Notes under the pieces: generated by a model
What the model saw: only the letters and a program-made list of their open reading frames with translations
Database searches by the model: none
Told to the model about the DNA's origin: nothing
NCBI GenBank assembly: GCA_965216875.1
Contig: OZ244207.1
Coordinates: 5,856,001-5,920,000, forward strand
Direction of reading: 5' to 3'
Length of the DNA stretch: 64,000 nucleotides
Source of the DNA: Rubripirellula sp.
GTDB taxonomy: Bacteria > Planctomycetota > Planctomycetia > Pirellulales > Pirellulaceae
Part shown: one piece after another, positions 29,403-40,362 of the stretch
How the letters are laid out: the number at the start of each line of letters is the position of its first letter
Numbering within the stretch: the first letter of the stretch is position 1
Translations under genes and position numbers: made by a program

Positions 29403-30704
29403 ATGATCTGGGCTTTGATTCAAAAAGACCTCCGCCGCCTACGCGTCAATTGGCACAGCACGGTGATCCTGCTGGCGATGCCGCTTTGCATCACCGGTTT
29501 AGTCGGTGCCGTTTTTGGTCCTGCCGCGCGCAACAATGAGATGCCTCGCATCAAGTTGGCCGTCGTCGACGAAGACGACAGTGTGTTGGGGGGGATGCTG
29601 GCCGGTGCGGGATCTTCCGAACGTGGACGTGATTCGCTCGACACGGTCGTTGTCGAGCGCGAGGAAGCGGACAGATTGATTCGAAACAATGAAGTCAGCG
29701 CTATCATTGTCATCCCCAAGGACTTCACCTCGACGTTTCTGAAAGGCGAGCACCCACCGCCCATCGAATTGATCAAGAATCCAGCGCAATCGTATCTCCC
29801 CGCAATCACTGAAGAGTTGATGTGCGTGGTCACGGAATTGCTCAACGCGCTCGCCTTGAACCTCGCTGACGAAGTGCCGGACATCGTCGAGATTTTCGAA
29901 CAAGACGGCGCCCCCGATTCGGCCAAACTCGCTCGCAGCATCACTCGCATCGGCGACAAGCTCGAGCGAGCCGAGGCTTACGTCTTTCCCCCGATCATTA
30001 GCTACACCAAGAACGCGCCAAAAGACACAGACTCGTCGGTGGTCGATGGAACGGATTCCGAAGCGACCGTACAGGAGGACTCAGGACCTACGTTCAATAT
30101 CTTCGGGTTTGTTATCCCAGGTATGGCGGCAATCTTCTTGCTGATGACAGCCGAAGGAAGCACTCGCGAACTGATCGTTGAACGACGCAGTGGGACACTC
30201 GATCGCTATCGGACCTGCCATGCAAAGTTGTTGCCTCTGTTTGTTGCCAAGTCGATCTTTTCGTTGGTAGTGGTCATCGCTTCAGGGCTCATTATCCTTG
30301 TCGGTGGTTCGCTCATTTTCGACATCACGTGGACGCGACCTGTCGAATGCATGCTGCTGACGGTGGCGTTCAGTCTGTTTTCGGTCGGATTCACCTACCT
30401 ACTCATTGCCGTGGTTTATCGAGAAAAACTCATCCTGGCGATGAACACCGTGGTGATCATGCTGATGGGATTCTTGGGCGGATCGATGATGCCCGTCCAG
30501 AGTCTTCCCGGAATCATTCGCGATGTGATTAGCCCCGCGCTTCCGAATTACATGTACGTCGAAGCATTCCGCGGTCTGCAAAACGGACACTCGGATGCCT
30601 CGTGGATCGGCATATCGATCGGTCTTTGCCTTGGCGGGTTCGTCCTTCTTGTGGCTGCGATCGCAATCTTCCAGCGACGATTGCTGCGGGGGGCAACGAC
30701 ATGA
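29403..30704 (+). CDS. ABC-2 type exporter permease
   Basis: N-terminal TM, LAVVDED extracytoplasmic domain, ERRSGTLDR, five C-terminal TMs. Confidence 0.9.
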   Translation: MIWALIQKDLRRLRVNWHSTVILLAMPLCITGLVGAVFGPAARNNEMPRIKLAVVDEDDSVLGGMLAGAGSSERGRDSLDTVVVEREEADRLIRNNEVSAIIVIPKDFTSTFLKGEHPPPIELIKNPAQSYLPAITEELMCVVTELLNALALNLADEVPDIVEIFEQDGAPDSAKLARSITRIGDKLERAEAYVFPPIISYTKNAPKDTDSSVVDGTDSEATVQEDSGPTFNIFGFVIPGMAAIFLLMTAEGSTRELIVERRSGTLDRYRTCHAKLLPLFVAKSIFSLVVVIASGLIILVGGSLIFDITWTRPVECMLLTVAFSLFSVGFTYLLIAVVYREKLILAMNTVVIMLMGFLGGSMMPVQSLPGIIRDVISPALPNYMYVEAFRGLQNGHSDASWIGISIGLCLGGFVLLVAAIAIFQRRLLRGATT

Positions 30705-31846
30705 GAACGATATGGATCCTTGCCGCCAACGACCTTCGCGTCTTTCTGAAAGACAAGATCGGTTACATCTGGTTGTTTGGCATGCCGATCGTGTTTATCT
30801 ACTTCTTCGGCACGGCCATGCGGTTCGATAACAGCGAACCCTCGAGCCCCAAGCCGAAGTTGGTGATCGACAATCAAGACCAAGGTTTCATCGGTGCCCT
30901 TCTTGTTCAACAACTCGAACAAGAAGGCGTGCGGGCGATTGGCAAGGAAGCGAGCAACGAAAAGGATCCGATCGTCGAGATCCCTGATGATTTCACGCAG
31001 CGGGTACTCGAGGCAAAGTCAGTCGACGTCAACCTGATCGAAAAACCGAGTGGCAACCTCGAGCCTTCGGCCATGATCGAAGTCAGGCTGACCAGATCGA
31101 TCATTGCACTTTCATCAGCCATCTTCGCAGTCGTGACCGACGACGCGGTCGAGGGTGAACCCGAGATTACCGAAACGGCACTCAAAGCGATGCTTGAACG
31201 CGAACGAAAGGTCGCGTTAGATGTTTCGTTTGCGGGACGTCGCATAGTGCCGAGCGGGTTTCAGCAATCGGTCCCTGGCTACGTGGTGATGTTCATTCTG
31301 ATGAACTTGCTGATCTTTGGCAGCTTGGGGATCTCGTCCGAACGGACGGCGGGAGCGCTACGTCGCATCGCCGTGAATCCGGTCAAACGTTGGCAAATCG
31401 TGATCGGCAAAATCTTGGGACGCTTCTTTCTCGGTGCAGTTCAAATCGTCTATTTGTTGGTCGTCAGCAGGCTGCTGTTCCGAGTGGACTATGGCGATCA
31501 CATCCCAACCATTGGCGTGACGCTCTTGATCTTTGCTTGGGGCTGTGCGGCACTGGGCGTTCTTGTCGCTGCCGTGATCCGAACACCAGAGACAGCGCAA
31601 GGCGTTTGCACACTTGGTTCGATACTGTTGGCTGCGATCGGCGGATGTTGGTGGCCCCTGGAAATCATGCCTGATTTCGCAAAACAGATCGCTCAACTGA
31701 CACCCACGGCGTGGGCGATGAGCGCGATGCATCAACTGATCAGTTTTGGCGGTAGCATCGCCGACATCCACGTCGAACTGGGCTTGATGGGCGCCTTCGC
31801 CACCATCAACACCCTGCTCGCCGCCAAATTCTTGCGGATTGAATAG
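30701..31846 (+). CDS. ABC-2 type exporter permease (second)
   Basis: ATGA overlap with the previous gene; ERTAGALRRI..P, GGCWWPLEIMP. Confidence 0.9.
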   Translation: MRTIWILAANDLRVFLKDKIGYIWLFGMPIVFIYFFGTAMRFDNSEPSSPKPKLVIDNQDQGFIGALLVQQLEQEGVRAIGKEASNEKDPIVEIPDDFTQRVLEAKSVDVNLIEKPSGNLEPSAMIEVRLTRSIIALSSAIFAVVTDDAVEGEPEITETALKAMLERERKVALDVSFAGRRIVPSGFQQSVPGYVVMFILMNLLIFGSLGISSERTAGALRRIAVNPVKRWQIVIGKILGRFFLGAVQIVYLLVVSRLLFRVDYGDHIPTIGVTLLIFAWGCAALGVLVAAVIRTPETAQGVCTLGSILLAAIGGCWWPLEIMPDFAKQIAQLTPTAWAMSAMHQLISFGGSIADIHVELGLMGAFATINTLLAAKFLRIE

Positions 31847-31945
31847 ATGCGTCTTGTGGGCACTCCGTCGTAGGTCATGCTCTGCATGACGGGCGTTTCG
31901 ATTTGCGCGCTGTAGCGTGCAAGGCCGTGAACGCTATTGCACGTT

Positions 31946-32190
31946 TGTGAGCCGCACGCGCTAGCGTCGGGCCGTGCAAGTGTCGGGGCATACTGTTTTG
32001 GTGTGTTGACATACCGGCGGCTACCGTCTTGCCGCTCACCTGTGAGCCGTGACCGCGCAAGCGGCCGGGCGCAACACATGTTGCGCACACCTGTCATGCG
32101 GAACATGACCTACGCAGGGACGCCATCGTCGCCTTTTGCTCCGCAAAAGTTGCGTTTGCGGACGCTACTTTCGCGGAGCGAAAGGCGACA
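31946..32190. repeat. Intergenic REP-like palindromes (three classes)
   Basis: TGTGAGCCGCACGCGCTAGCGTCGGGC (~31946), GTGAGCCGTGACCGCGCAAGCGGCCGGG (~32042) and inverted pair TCGCCTTTTGCTCCGCAAAAGT...ACTTTCGCGGAGCGAAAGGCGA (~32129-32188). Confidence 0.78.
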
Positions 32191-32264
32191 TTCAAATGAT
32201 CACAACGTAGGAACAAGGTAACGAGGTTGGTGCTGACACTGTCGGATTTCATCCTACCCGCGTC

Positions 32265-34595
32265 CTACATCACATTTCGCAGGTGATCGACGAAATCATC
32301 GTCGTCACCTAGCTGTCCGATCTTCTCTGCACAGACTTCGCATGATTCGAGGTGCTGTTCCACAACCTCAGTGCGTTTGATTGAGAGCGCGCCGCCGATC
32401 CATCGCCGCAGGTCATCTTCGCTCGGATGCTCTTGAATGCCGCCCGCAGTGCTATCGACCACACTCGCAGCTTTCGTCTCGTCCTGCTTCTCCGATTCGC
32501 TTAGTTCGCGGTAATAGGGATGCTCTGCCCACCACTGCGTTGCCGATTCGTTAGTCCATGTTTCATCAAGTTCGATTGACGCCAACGTCTGACGTAATTC
32601 TCCCGCGGTGGGTCGATCTGAAGGAGCTTTCGAAAGGCAACTTAGCACGATGTCATCCAACGACTGAGGTAACCCCTTGCGATAGTTGGAAGGTGGTTTG
32701 GGGCGCTCTGATACATGTTTCATCAACAGCGGCATGACGCTCTTGGCATAAAACACATCTCCGCCGGTCAACAGAGAGAATGCAACGCAACCGAGTGAAT
32801 AGATATCGGATGCAAAGGTCGCCGGATGCCCCTGCGCTGCTTCGGGCGAGATACATGAAGGCGTGCCCTTGATCATCCCCGTCGAATCGACGCTTTCATC
32901 TGCCGTCTGATTCATACTGCCAGTGGTACGAACAATCCCAAAGTCGAGCAGTTTCAAGAAGTCGTCCTGAGTTCCCAATTCGCAAACGAACAAATTGGCC
33001 GGTTTCACATCTCGATGCACAAGCCCTGCACGATGAGCCTCCTCGAGCGACAAGCAAGCTTGATCAAGCAAATAGACTGCACGTGCCGGCGAAAGTGGAC
33101 CGTTCTCACGAATCAAGCGTTGCAGATCGATGCCCTTGAGGTATTCCATCACATAATAGAAATCACCCTCTTCGGTCATCCCAAAGTCATACAGTTCAAC
33201 CGTATGAGGTGAGCGAAGATTGGCCGTCGCCTTCGCTTCGCGCTGAAAACGTTCGCGAAGCATTTCTCGCGTGTCTGCATCTCCCGTGAGCGCACGCTGG
33301 CGAATGAGCTTTACCGCGGAAGGGCGAGCAAGGAGCGAATGCTGTGCGAGCCAAACCTCGCCCATTCCACCCTTGCCGATCTGTTTTTGAAGCGTGTACC
33401 CGCCAACTCGACGACCCTCGCGCAGTAGTTCCGCAGGGATCTCGACCTTTGTGCCCGATGACCACGCGACAGATCGCTCGATCACGCTGCGGAGCTCGCG
33501 TAGGTTCCCGGGCCACGTGTAGCGCCGCAGCATCTCGATTGCATCTTCGGTCAATCCTTCGAGTACTTTTCCGGACGAAGTCGCGCGAGCGGTCAATACG
33601 TGTTGCGCGATCTCAATGATGTCTTCACGTCGTTCCGCAAGGGAAGGAACTGACAGTCGAGTTTGCCCGACCAATCGCTCGAGCTGAGCCATGTCCACCT
33701 GCTCTGGCGTGCTGCCCGAAGTCAACGATGCGATCACGCGAATATCTGGATTTGGCTTCTCGCCCGCAGTGCGACACTGATCAGCCTCCTCAAGAAACCG
33801 GCAAAGGTTTTGGCAAGAGTCGTTGGTCAGTGTTTCAACGCCCTCGAGGTACAGCGTTCCACCATCCGCCAACGAAGCCTTGGCAAGTTGTGTCTGGCCG
33901 TCGTTGCCCTTGCCAACTTTGAAAATGGAATCGTCCGTGCTGGCTAGGTGCGCACAGGCGACATAAATGAAGGGTCGATCACGGCGCGCCGACTTTCGAT
34001 GGATCGACCGCGCGACAGCTTCTTGGCCAGCACCACTTGGTCCGGTAAGAAGTAGAGGTGTATCCGACGCCGCACACTGCTTGATGCCTTCACGTAGCAT
34101 GCGCACAGAAATGCTATTACCTAGCAGTGCTTCGCCGTGCTTGCGATGCTCGGCGTCCGCCAACTCGCGAGCCACGGCAAGCTCGTGATGCAAACGGCCG
34201 TTCGCCTCGCCGAGGTGTTGCTCCAGCTCGACAATCCGCTGCCCCGCGTTCAACCGGGCTCGCAGCTCGCCGCGGTCAAAGGGTTTCGAAACAAAGTCGT
34301 CCGCCCCTGCCTCGATCCCCGCGACCACATCCTTCTTTTCTGACTTGCCGGTCAACAGAATGACATAGACATAGCCTTCGTCCGATTGACCCGCGCGAAT
34401 CCGCTCGACCAATTCGACGCCACTCATCGCGGGCATTTCCCAATCGGAAATCACGATCGAGAACGCTTCCGCCTGAAACTGCTCCCAAGCCTCTTTGCCA
34501 TCGGCAGCCTCAACCACCTCATGCCCCATCTGCTCGAGCAATCGCCGCAACTTCGCTCGAGTGAGTCGTTCGTCTTCAGCAATGAGGATTCGCAT
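32265..34595 (-). CDS. Multidomain signalling protein: receiver, degenerate sigma54-type AAA+, Ser/Thr kinase, C-terminal HxxxCxxC zinc finger
   Basis: ILIAEDE...SDWEMP...SKPF; LLGNS...LLLTGPSGAGQE...WPGNLRELRSVIER; IGKGGMGEVW, AVKLI, HRDVKPAN, DFG, SPE; QHLESCEVC. Confidence 0.9.
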   Translation of the reverse strand: MRILIAEDERLTRAKLRRLLEQMGHEVVEAADGKEAWEQFQAEAFSIVISDWEMPAMSGVELVERIRAGQSDEGYVYVILLTGKSEKKDVVAGIEAGADDFVSKPFDRGELRARLNAGQRIVELEQHLGEANGRLHHELAVARELADAEHRKHGEALLGNSISVRMLREGIKQCAASDTPLLLTGPSGAGQEAVARSIHRKSARRDRPFIYVACAHLASTDDSIFKVGKGNDGQTQLAKASLADGGTLYLEGVETLTNDSCQNLCRFLEEADQCRTAGEKPNPDIRVIASLTSGSTPEQVDMAQLERLVGQTRLSVPSLAERREDIIEIAQHVLTARATSSGKVLEGLTEDAIEMLRRYTWPGNLRELRSVIERSVAWSSGTKVEIPAELLREGRRVGGYTLQKQIGKGGMGEVWLAQHSLLARPSAVKLIRQRALTGDADTREMLRERFQREAKATANLRSPHTVELYDFGMTEEGDFYYVMEYLKGIDLQRLIRENGPLSPARAVYLLDQACLSLEEAHRAGLVHRDVKPANLFVCELGTQDDFLKLLDFGIVRTTGSMNQTADESVDSTGMIKGTPSCISPEAAQGHPATFASDIYSLGCVAFSLLTGGDVFYAKSVMPLLMKHVSERPKPPSNYRKGLPQSLDDIVLSCLSKAPSDRPTAGELRQTLASIELDETWTNESATQWWAEHPYYRELSESEKQDETKAASVVDSTAGGIQEHPSEDDLRRWIGGALSIKRTEVVEQHLESCEVCAEKIGQLGDDDDFVDHLRNVM

Positions 34596-34621
34596 GGATC
34601 CAGAACATCAAAATGTGGCGA

Positions 34622-37243
34622 TCAGTTGGCGGTTTCGTCTTTGCGCGAAGTCTCCAACACTCGCTCGATTTCGGCAAAGAGCAACGATCGTTTGACAGGT
34701 TTCGAAACGTAACCGTCCATTCCTGCTTCCAAGCAACGTTCCTGGTCGCCCTTCATGGCGTTCGCGGTCATGGCAATGATCGGGACGTGCGTGGCGCCGG
34801 AATGATTCTTTTCGCGAACCAGGATTCTGGAAGTTGCTTCGAACCCATCCACCTCGGGCATTTGAACATCCATCAAGATCAGATCAAACGCTTCGCGACC
34901 TGACAACTCAACCGCTTCGCGTCCATTATTAGCCACAATCACCTCGTGGCCGGCTTTCTCGAGAACGCGAATTGCAAATTTTTGATTCGTCTTGTTGTCT
35001 TCGGCCAACAAAACGCGAAGCGAACCTTGGCGCTTGCTGTCAGCAGCCTGGCTAGCATTCACTGGCGCTGGTTGCTTGGAACGCTCGTCATCACCAACAA
35101 GCGTCGTCACGATCGCATTCATCAACAACGACTGTTTTACCGGCTTCAACAGGTGGGCGCTCACCCCTAGCTCTTTGCAACGCGGGATGTCTCCGGGTCG
35201 CGTTCCGCTGGTCAAGAAGATCACGGGCGTATGGTTGTCTCGGCTTCGTAGCTCTTGGAACAACCCAAACCCGTCCATCTCGGGCATGTTGACGTCCGAG
35301 ACGATCAAGTCGAACCGTTCATCGCCGTCCAACCGTTGACATTGATCGAGCGCGGCCGGTCCGCTGTCGACGGCAACCGCAACCATGCGCCAGTTCCTAA
35401 AAATCTCTTCCAAGATGCGCCGGTTCGTTGCGTTGTCATCGACCACCAACACGCGTGTTCCCTCGAGCACGGCGCCGTCGGTCGAATCTTCGATGCGTTG
35501 GTGATCGGTGCCAACGCCCGCAATGATGGTAAACAAGAAAGTCGAACCCTTGCCCGGTTCACTTTCCACCCAAATCCGTCCGCCCATCAACTCGATCAGT
35601 TGCACGCAGATGGCAAGTCCCAGTCCAGTGCCACCATATTTTCGCGTTGTCGAAACATCCGCTTGCTCGAACGGGCGAAAGATAGTGTCCGCTTGTTCTT
35701 TGCTGATACCAATCCCCGTATCCGCAACCGAAAAGAGTAGCTCGACCTGGTCGTCATCGCGTTTGTTTTCAGAAACGCTAACAACAATCTCGCCTGTCTC
35801 GGTGAATTTGATTGCGTTGCCAACCAAGTTAAGAACAACCTGTCGGATTCGGTGCACATCACTGACGATCCCGTCATGCACATCCGGCGCAACGTGGTAG
35901 ACCAATTCGAGACCTTTTTCGTGAGCTCGCGTTGCCAAGGTGTTCAACATGTCGGCAAGTGTGTCGCGAAGCCGAAACGGATGCGATTCGATTTCTAGGC
36001 GGCCCGCTTCAATCTTGGAAAAGTCGAGGATGTCATTGATCAGGGCGAGTAAGGCGGCTGCCGACGCGTTGACCGTTTGCATGTAGTCGCGTTGTTCGCT
36101 GGACAGATCGGTGTCCAATGCGAGATCGGTCATTCCGATGATCGCGTTCATCGGCGTTCGAATTTCGTGACTCATGTTTGCAAGGAAGTCACTCTTGGCG
36201 TGGTTTGCCGCTTCGGCATCCTGGCGTGCAACCTCCAGCTGCTCGGTGCGTTCGGCAACCATCTTTTCGAGATTGTCTCGATGGGTCTGCAACGCGATCT
36301 CAGCTTCGCGTCGGGTGGCAACTTCGGACTCGAGTGCCTGGTTCGTGCGAGCAATCGCGCGTGCCCGATCCGCAGCCGTCTGCGCGAACCACGCTGCTGA
36401 TGCCATCGCAATGGCCAGAAGCGAGCCGACGACGAGCATGATCGTGGCCACGTTCGAAAGCGACGAGACGTGGCCATACTCGTCAAAGATCCGTTGGTTA
36501 CCCGCGTTGAGCGCCTGCCACAGGCAAAGCGTCACCGTGAGAACTGCGATGCACAACGGGACCGGCATCCAAGCGGGCAGCCACGATTCTTCGCCCAAGT
36601 CCTGGCTCCAGACGAACATCAAGAACCCAGTGCTGACAAAGATGAAGCCCACCGACGTGTGAACCGCCATCCGAGTCAGGTTTCCCCATCCATACGCAGT
36701 CTCGAGTTGCGCCGCGTACCCAGAGAGAGCGACCACGCCGAGCCCGAGGGCCAACGAAGCAAGTACCACTCGAACGAGCGATCGGTGGCTGATCGACGGA
36801 AAGGCTGCGGCCAACCCGATCAAGGTGAAACAGACTGCGGTATTTGGCGCCATTCGTCCTGGCTGGGACGTTTCAACGGTGATGTCATGCTTCATCAACA
36901 GTTCGTCGATGCCAAAGTCGACGTGGGTGATGTACTCAAGCAGCGTCAGGCTACCGACCACCGCGGCAAAACCACCGGACCACACCGCCCACCGTTGGTG
37001 TCCAAAACCGACCAGTAAAAGACTCACGCCGCACAACACGAAACCCAATGCAGTGTTGTATTGCATGGGCACAAAGGTCGGCAGCACTTGAATGAGCGTC
37101 AAAGTGCGCGTGTGCCACCCATAGATCACGACGAGCCCAAGAGCCAACGTCAAGATCCCAGCGAGATTGCTACAGCGAGTAAGAAAAGGTCTCAAATTCA
37201 AAACTGACCTGGCAGATCCAGGTGTTATTCGAGGTGACTTCAT
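34622..37243 (-). CDS. Multi-TM hybrid sensor histidine kinase with two receiver domains
   Basis: About 8 TMs; [44 protein letters not shown] domains VLVVDDN and VLLAEDN...DVQMP. Confidence 0.94.
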   Translation of the reverse strand: MKSPRITPGSARSVLNLRPFLTRCSNLAGILTLALGLVVIYGWHTRTLTLIQVLPTFVPMQYNTALGFVLCGVSLLLVGFGHQRWAVWSGGFAAVVGSLTLLEYITHVDFGIDELLMKHDITVETSQPGRMAPNTAVCFTLIGLAAAFPSISHRSLVRVVLASLALGLGVVALSGYAAQLETAYGWGNLTRMAVHTSVGFIFVSTGFLMFVWSQDLGEESWLPAWMPVPLCIAVLTVTLCLWQALNAGNQRIFDEYGHVSSLSNVATIMLVVGSLLAIAMASAAWFAQTAADRARAIARTNQALESEVATRREAEIALQTHRDNLEKMVAERTEQLEVARQDAEAANHAKSDFLANMSHEIRTPMNAIIGMTDLALDTDLSSEQRDYMQTVNASAAALLALINDILDFSKIEAGRLEIESHPFRLRDTLADMLNTLATRAHEKGLELVYHVAPDVHDGIVSDVHRIRQVVLNLVGNAIKFTETGEIVVSVSENKRDDDQVELLFSVADTGIGISKEQADTIFRPFEQADVSTTRKYGGTGLGLAICVQLIELMGGRIWVESEPGKGSTFLFTIIAGVGTDHQRIEDSTDGAVLEGTRVLVVDDNATNRRILEEIFRNWRMVAVAVDSGPAALDQCQRLDGDERFDLIVSDVNMPEMDGFGLFQELRSRDNHTPVIFLTSGTRPGDIPRCKELGVSAHLLKPVKQSLLMNAIVTTLVGDDERSKQPAPVNASQAADSKRQGSLRVLLAEDNKTNQKFAIRVLEKAGHEVIVANNGREAVELSGREAFDLILMDVQMPEVDGFEATSRILVREKNHSGATHVPIIAMTANAMKGDQERCLEAGMDGYVSKPVKRSLLFAEIERVLETSRKDETAN

Positions 37244-37331
37244 TGACTAACTTCATCCGACCCACAATTCCTCATAACGGGCCGCCGCATTCTATTCGCT
37301 CTCGACGCGATCGGCACGCCGACCAGCGCAC

Positions 37332-37360
37332 AAAAAAACGCGGCCGAGGGGCCGCGTTTT
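37332..37360 (-). terminator. Intrinsic terminator downstream of the HdeD-like gene
   Basis: AAAACGCGGCC-GAGG-GGCCGCGTTTT perfect stem, with A7 on the left giving a U-tract on the minus strand. Confidence 0.8.
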
Positions 37361-37383
37361 GGATTCGATCGTTTTGGATCGTT

Positions 37384-38016
37384 CTATTCGGTGGCCTTCG
37401 CAACCTTGCGAGCGGCCATGGCGATGACGATTCGTGCGACGCCGGCTGTGATCAGATTCACGCCGACCAAGATGCCAATCACGAGGAACGATGCTTGGGG
37501 AAGTGCGGTCATCACAAGGATGCTCAACGCGATACCTGCGACGCCGCCAGCCATCGTCCATCCCCAACCAGGAATGTCGCGTGCCTGGATCGCCAAGACC
37601 ACTCGAAGGATTCCGTCAACCAACATCAACGCGGCAATCAAGAAGGTGAGCGACATCAAAGTGGCAAAGGGATAGAACGCCATCACAGCGGCCAACAGGA
37701 TCTGGACGGTACCCGTCAGAAAGGCCTCCAGCTTCAGGCCCTTCTCGGCAAAGCAAACGCCGGCAAGGTTGAAGCAACCGACAACAAACAAGGTCACCGC
37801 GATGAACATTCCGACGATGCCCGTGGCCAAGACGGGTGACAGCAGAGCTGCCGTGCCGCCAACTACCGAGATGATGCCGGCGGCCAACACCCATCCCCAA
37901 TCTTTGGCAATCTCGTGAACCAGCTTTTTGAGGTCGCCAAACTGGGCGGCTGCCTGTGCGTTGGTCTGTTCTTGGGTACTGGCTTGATTTGTCTGAGGTG
38001 CGTGTGCGATGGACAT
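37384..38016 (-). CDS. HdeD/DUF308 family membrane protein
   Basis: WGWVLAAGIISVVGG...P, six TMs, GWGWTMAGG, IGILVGVNLI; start set at MSIAHAP. Confidence 0.88.
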   Translation of the reverse strand: MSIAHAPQTNQASTQEQTNAQAAAQFGDLKKLVHEIAKDWGWVLAAGIISVVGGTAALLSPVLATGIVGMFIAVTLFVVGCFNLAGVCFAEKGLKLEAFLTGTVQILLAAVMAFYPFATLMSLTFLIAALMLVDGILRVVLAIQARDIPGWGWTMAGGVAGIALSILVMTALPQASFLVIGILVGVNLITAGVARIVIAMAARKVAKATE

Positions 38017-38193
38017 TTTCGTCTCTCCAGAATCGAGGTTTTTTACTTGTGTTGCCTTGTTTCCGGCGGCCGTTTCACCCGCCTGACACCAGTAAATGGC
38101 CCCAATCGCCCAGCGATTACACCGCCCCGGGAAAAACACGAGATTTCTCATTCACTCCTCAGGCCTGAATACTCGCTGCTCGGTCGGTGGGGA

Positions 38194-38600
38194 GATGAGT
38201 TGGCCACAAAAAGCACGAGAAGGCCCAAAAATAAGGCAAGCTGAGAGCGGTAAGAGCTTGAGCCAGGCTCCATCGATTCGTGCACCTGTGCAAACCACCC
38301 TCCACCGAGTTTCTTGTTCCTTTTCGCGCTTCTAGTGGCAATCCCAGTGCGTCTCCCTGGGGCAGATAAGCTGGCCACGAAAAACACGAGAAGACACAAA
38401 AAGAAGACGAGCCAACAAGCGACGAGAGTTCAAGCAGGCACCGTCGATTCGTTCTTCTGGGCAAATCGCACTCCGCAGAGCTTCTTGTGCCTTTTTGTGC
38501 TTCTTGTGGCTATCCCAATGAGCCTCTCTGAGGAAGATGACCCTTCTTGGCAAACCTATCCCCGAGTTTTTTGTGTCTTTTCGTGCTTCTTGTGGCTATT
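38194..38600. repeat. Left cluster of GCCAC...GTGGC hairpin units flanking the GxxExxY gene
   Basis: Units at 38203-38339 and 38374-38510, plus a lone right arm at ~38566-38596. Confidence 0.85.
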
Positions 38601-38659
38601 CCGCGCAACTGGCCAAAGACGACAAGCATGCCTCCACTCACGCTCAGGTGCGAGGCGTC

Positions 38660-39046
38660 TTAGTCGCGCCGATTCATCAGGTATTTCTTAACGTAAATCT
38701 TCGGGGCACCGAAGTTGATGAGTAACCCCGTCTCAATACGCGAGGATGTTAAGTACCCCAGCAACTGAGCGATGTGCTCATCTTTAATTGCTCTGCATGC
38801 TTTGAGCTCAACGATGAGGCAGTTTTCTACGAATAGGTCTGCAAAATACTCTCCAAGTATCGCTCCATCTTCATCGTAGACCCTCAGCGGACACTGCTGC
38901 TCTGCGTCCAGCCCCAGTTTTCGGAGTCGATGCACGAGCGCGTTCTCGTAGATCTTTTCGAGATGCCCATGCCGATGATACTTGTGAATCTCAAAAGAGG
39001 TTTGCCTTACGACATCGCAGAGTTCGTTGATGTTGTTCCATATCAT
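38660..39046 (-). CDS. GxxExxY protein (PD-(D/E)XK nuclease-like)
   Basis: GHLEKIY motif, ADLFVENCLIVELKA, QLLGYL, GLLINFG; 128 aa. Confidence 0.93.
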   Translation of the reverse strand: MIWNNINELCDVVRQTSFEIHKYHRHGHLEKIYENALVHRLRKLGLDAEQQCPLRVYDEDGAILGEYFADLFVENCLIVELKACRAIKDEHIAQLLGYLTSSRIETGLLINFGAPKIYVKKYLMNRRD

Positions 39047-39174
39047 CGTTGTGCCCCATGGAATTCGGTTTCAGTGACTGCCCATCACCCCGCGCAACCT
39101 ACCGTGAATCGAGAATCCATCGCTGTACTTTATATGCGTCTTGTCGTATTCCAGCCCGTCTCGTTGAGGAGAAT

Positions 39175-39482
39175 TGAGTTGGCCACGAAAAACACAAGAA
39201 GACACGACAAGATGGCAGCAAAGAGCGATGAGAGCTTGAGCCAGGCTCCATCGATTCGTTCATATGGGCAAACCACACTCCAGAGTTTCTTGTGCTTTTT
39301 CGTGCTTCTTGTGGCTATCCCAATGCGCCTCCCTGGACAGATGAGTTGGCCACAAAAAACACGAGAAGACACAAAAAGTGAAGACGTGCCTACAAGCGAC
39401 GAGAGCTCAAGCAGGCACTTCGATTCGTTCTTCCGTGAAAGCCACATTTCACAGAGTTTCTTGTGTTTCTTGTGGCTATCCC
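39175..39482. repeat. Right cluster of GCCAC...GTGGC hairpin units flanking the GxxExxY gene
   Basis: Units at 39182-39315 and 39349-39476; a diverged direct repeat of the left pair. Confidence 0.85.
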
Positions 39483-39573
39483 GATGCTCCTAGGTGAGCC
39501 ATTGACTGATGGTGGCGGCTGCGATACGGTGGCTTAGCCACCGTACCAAACTCCCCTGCCCTCTCTGCTTGCC

Positions 39574-40362
39574 ATGCAGACCCAATTGCAACGCAATCCC
39601 GTTTATCAGCAGCTCAACGATTTGCTGCGTTCGACGCTTGCCAGTGAATACGCGTCGGGCGACCGCTTCATGACTGAGCGTGAAATCGCCAAACGCTTCG
39701 AAGTGAGCCGCGCGACGGCCAACAAGGCACTCGCTAGCCTCGTCTCGGAAGGTGTGCTGGAGTTTCGCCGCGGCATCGGAACCTTCGTTCGCCGCGATGT
39801 CATCGACTATGACCTTCAATCGCTTGTCAGCTTTACCGAAAAGGCGCTCTCTGCTGGCCGAAAGCCGTCGACGAAACTCATCGTGTTCCGTTCCGTTGCC
39901 TCAGACGACGTCGATGACGAGATTCGATCCGCCATGAATCTCAAAGCGGGCCAACCACTTTGGGAATTGGAACGATTGCGTCTAGCCGATGGCATTCCAG
40001 TGATCTTGGAGCATCGTTATGTGATGAAGCAACACTGCGAAAAACTCACCAGGGCCCAGGCCTCCGGTTCACTCTACAAAGCTTGGACTCAAAAACATGC
40101 GTTGAAGATCTCGGGTGCTGACGAAGTGATCCGTGCGGTCGTGTTGAAATCCCGCGAAGCCAAACACTTGCAGGTCGCGTCTCGCACGGCGGCTTTGGAA
40201 GTCACCGCCGTCGGCTGCCTCGATGACAACTCGCCTTTGTGGTGGGAACGAACCCTTTATCGAAGTGATCAATACGAATTCCACAGCCGACTCGGTCCCA
40301 TCCAAACGGCGACGCCCGCTCGCGGGCAACTCCGTGGACCGGCCAACGAAGGATCGAAGTGA
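39574..40362 (+). CDS. GntR-family (HutC/UTRA) transcriptional regulator
   Basis: PVYQQL...TEREIAKRFEVSRATANKAL..L..EG...RRGIGTFV; UTRA-like C-terminus (LERLRLADGIP). Confidence 0.93.
   Translation: MQTQLQRNPVYQQLNDLLRSTLASEYASGDRFMTEREIAKRFEVSRATANKALASLVSEGVLEFRRGIGTFVRRDVIDYDLQSLVSFTEKALSAGRKPSTKLIVFRSVASDDVDDEIRSAMNLKAGQPLWELERLRLADGIPVILEHRYVMKQHCEKLTRAQASGSLYKAWTQKHALKISGADEVIRAVVLKSREAKHLQVASRTAALEVTAVGCLDDNSPLWWERTLYRSDQYEFHSRLGPIQTATPARGQLRGPANEGSK

Noticed and set aside
38159..39493. Several 70-190-aa ORFs around the GxxExxY gene
   Set aside because: They are translations of the hairpin repeats (ATKNTRRH, FLCFFVLLVA) and not credible proteins.
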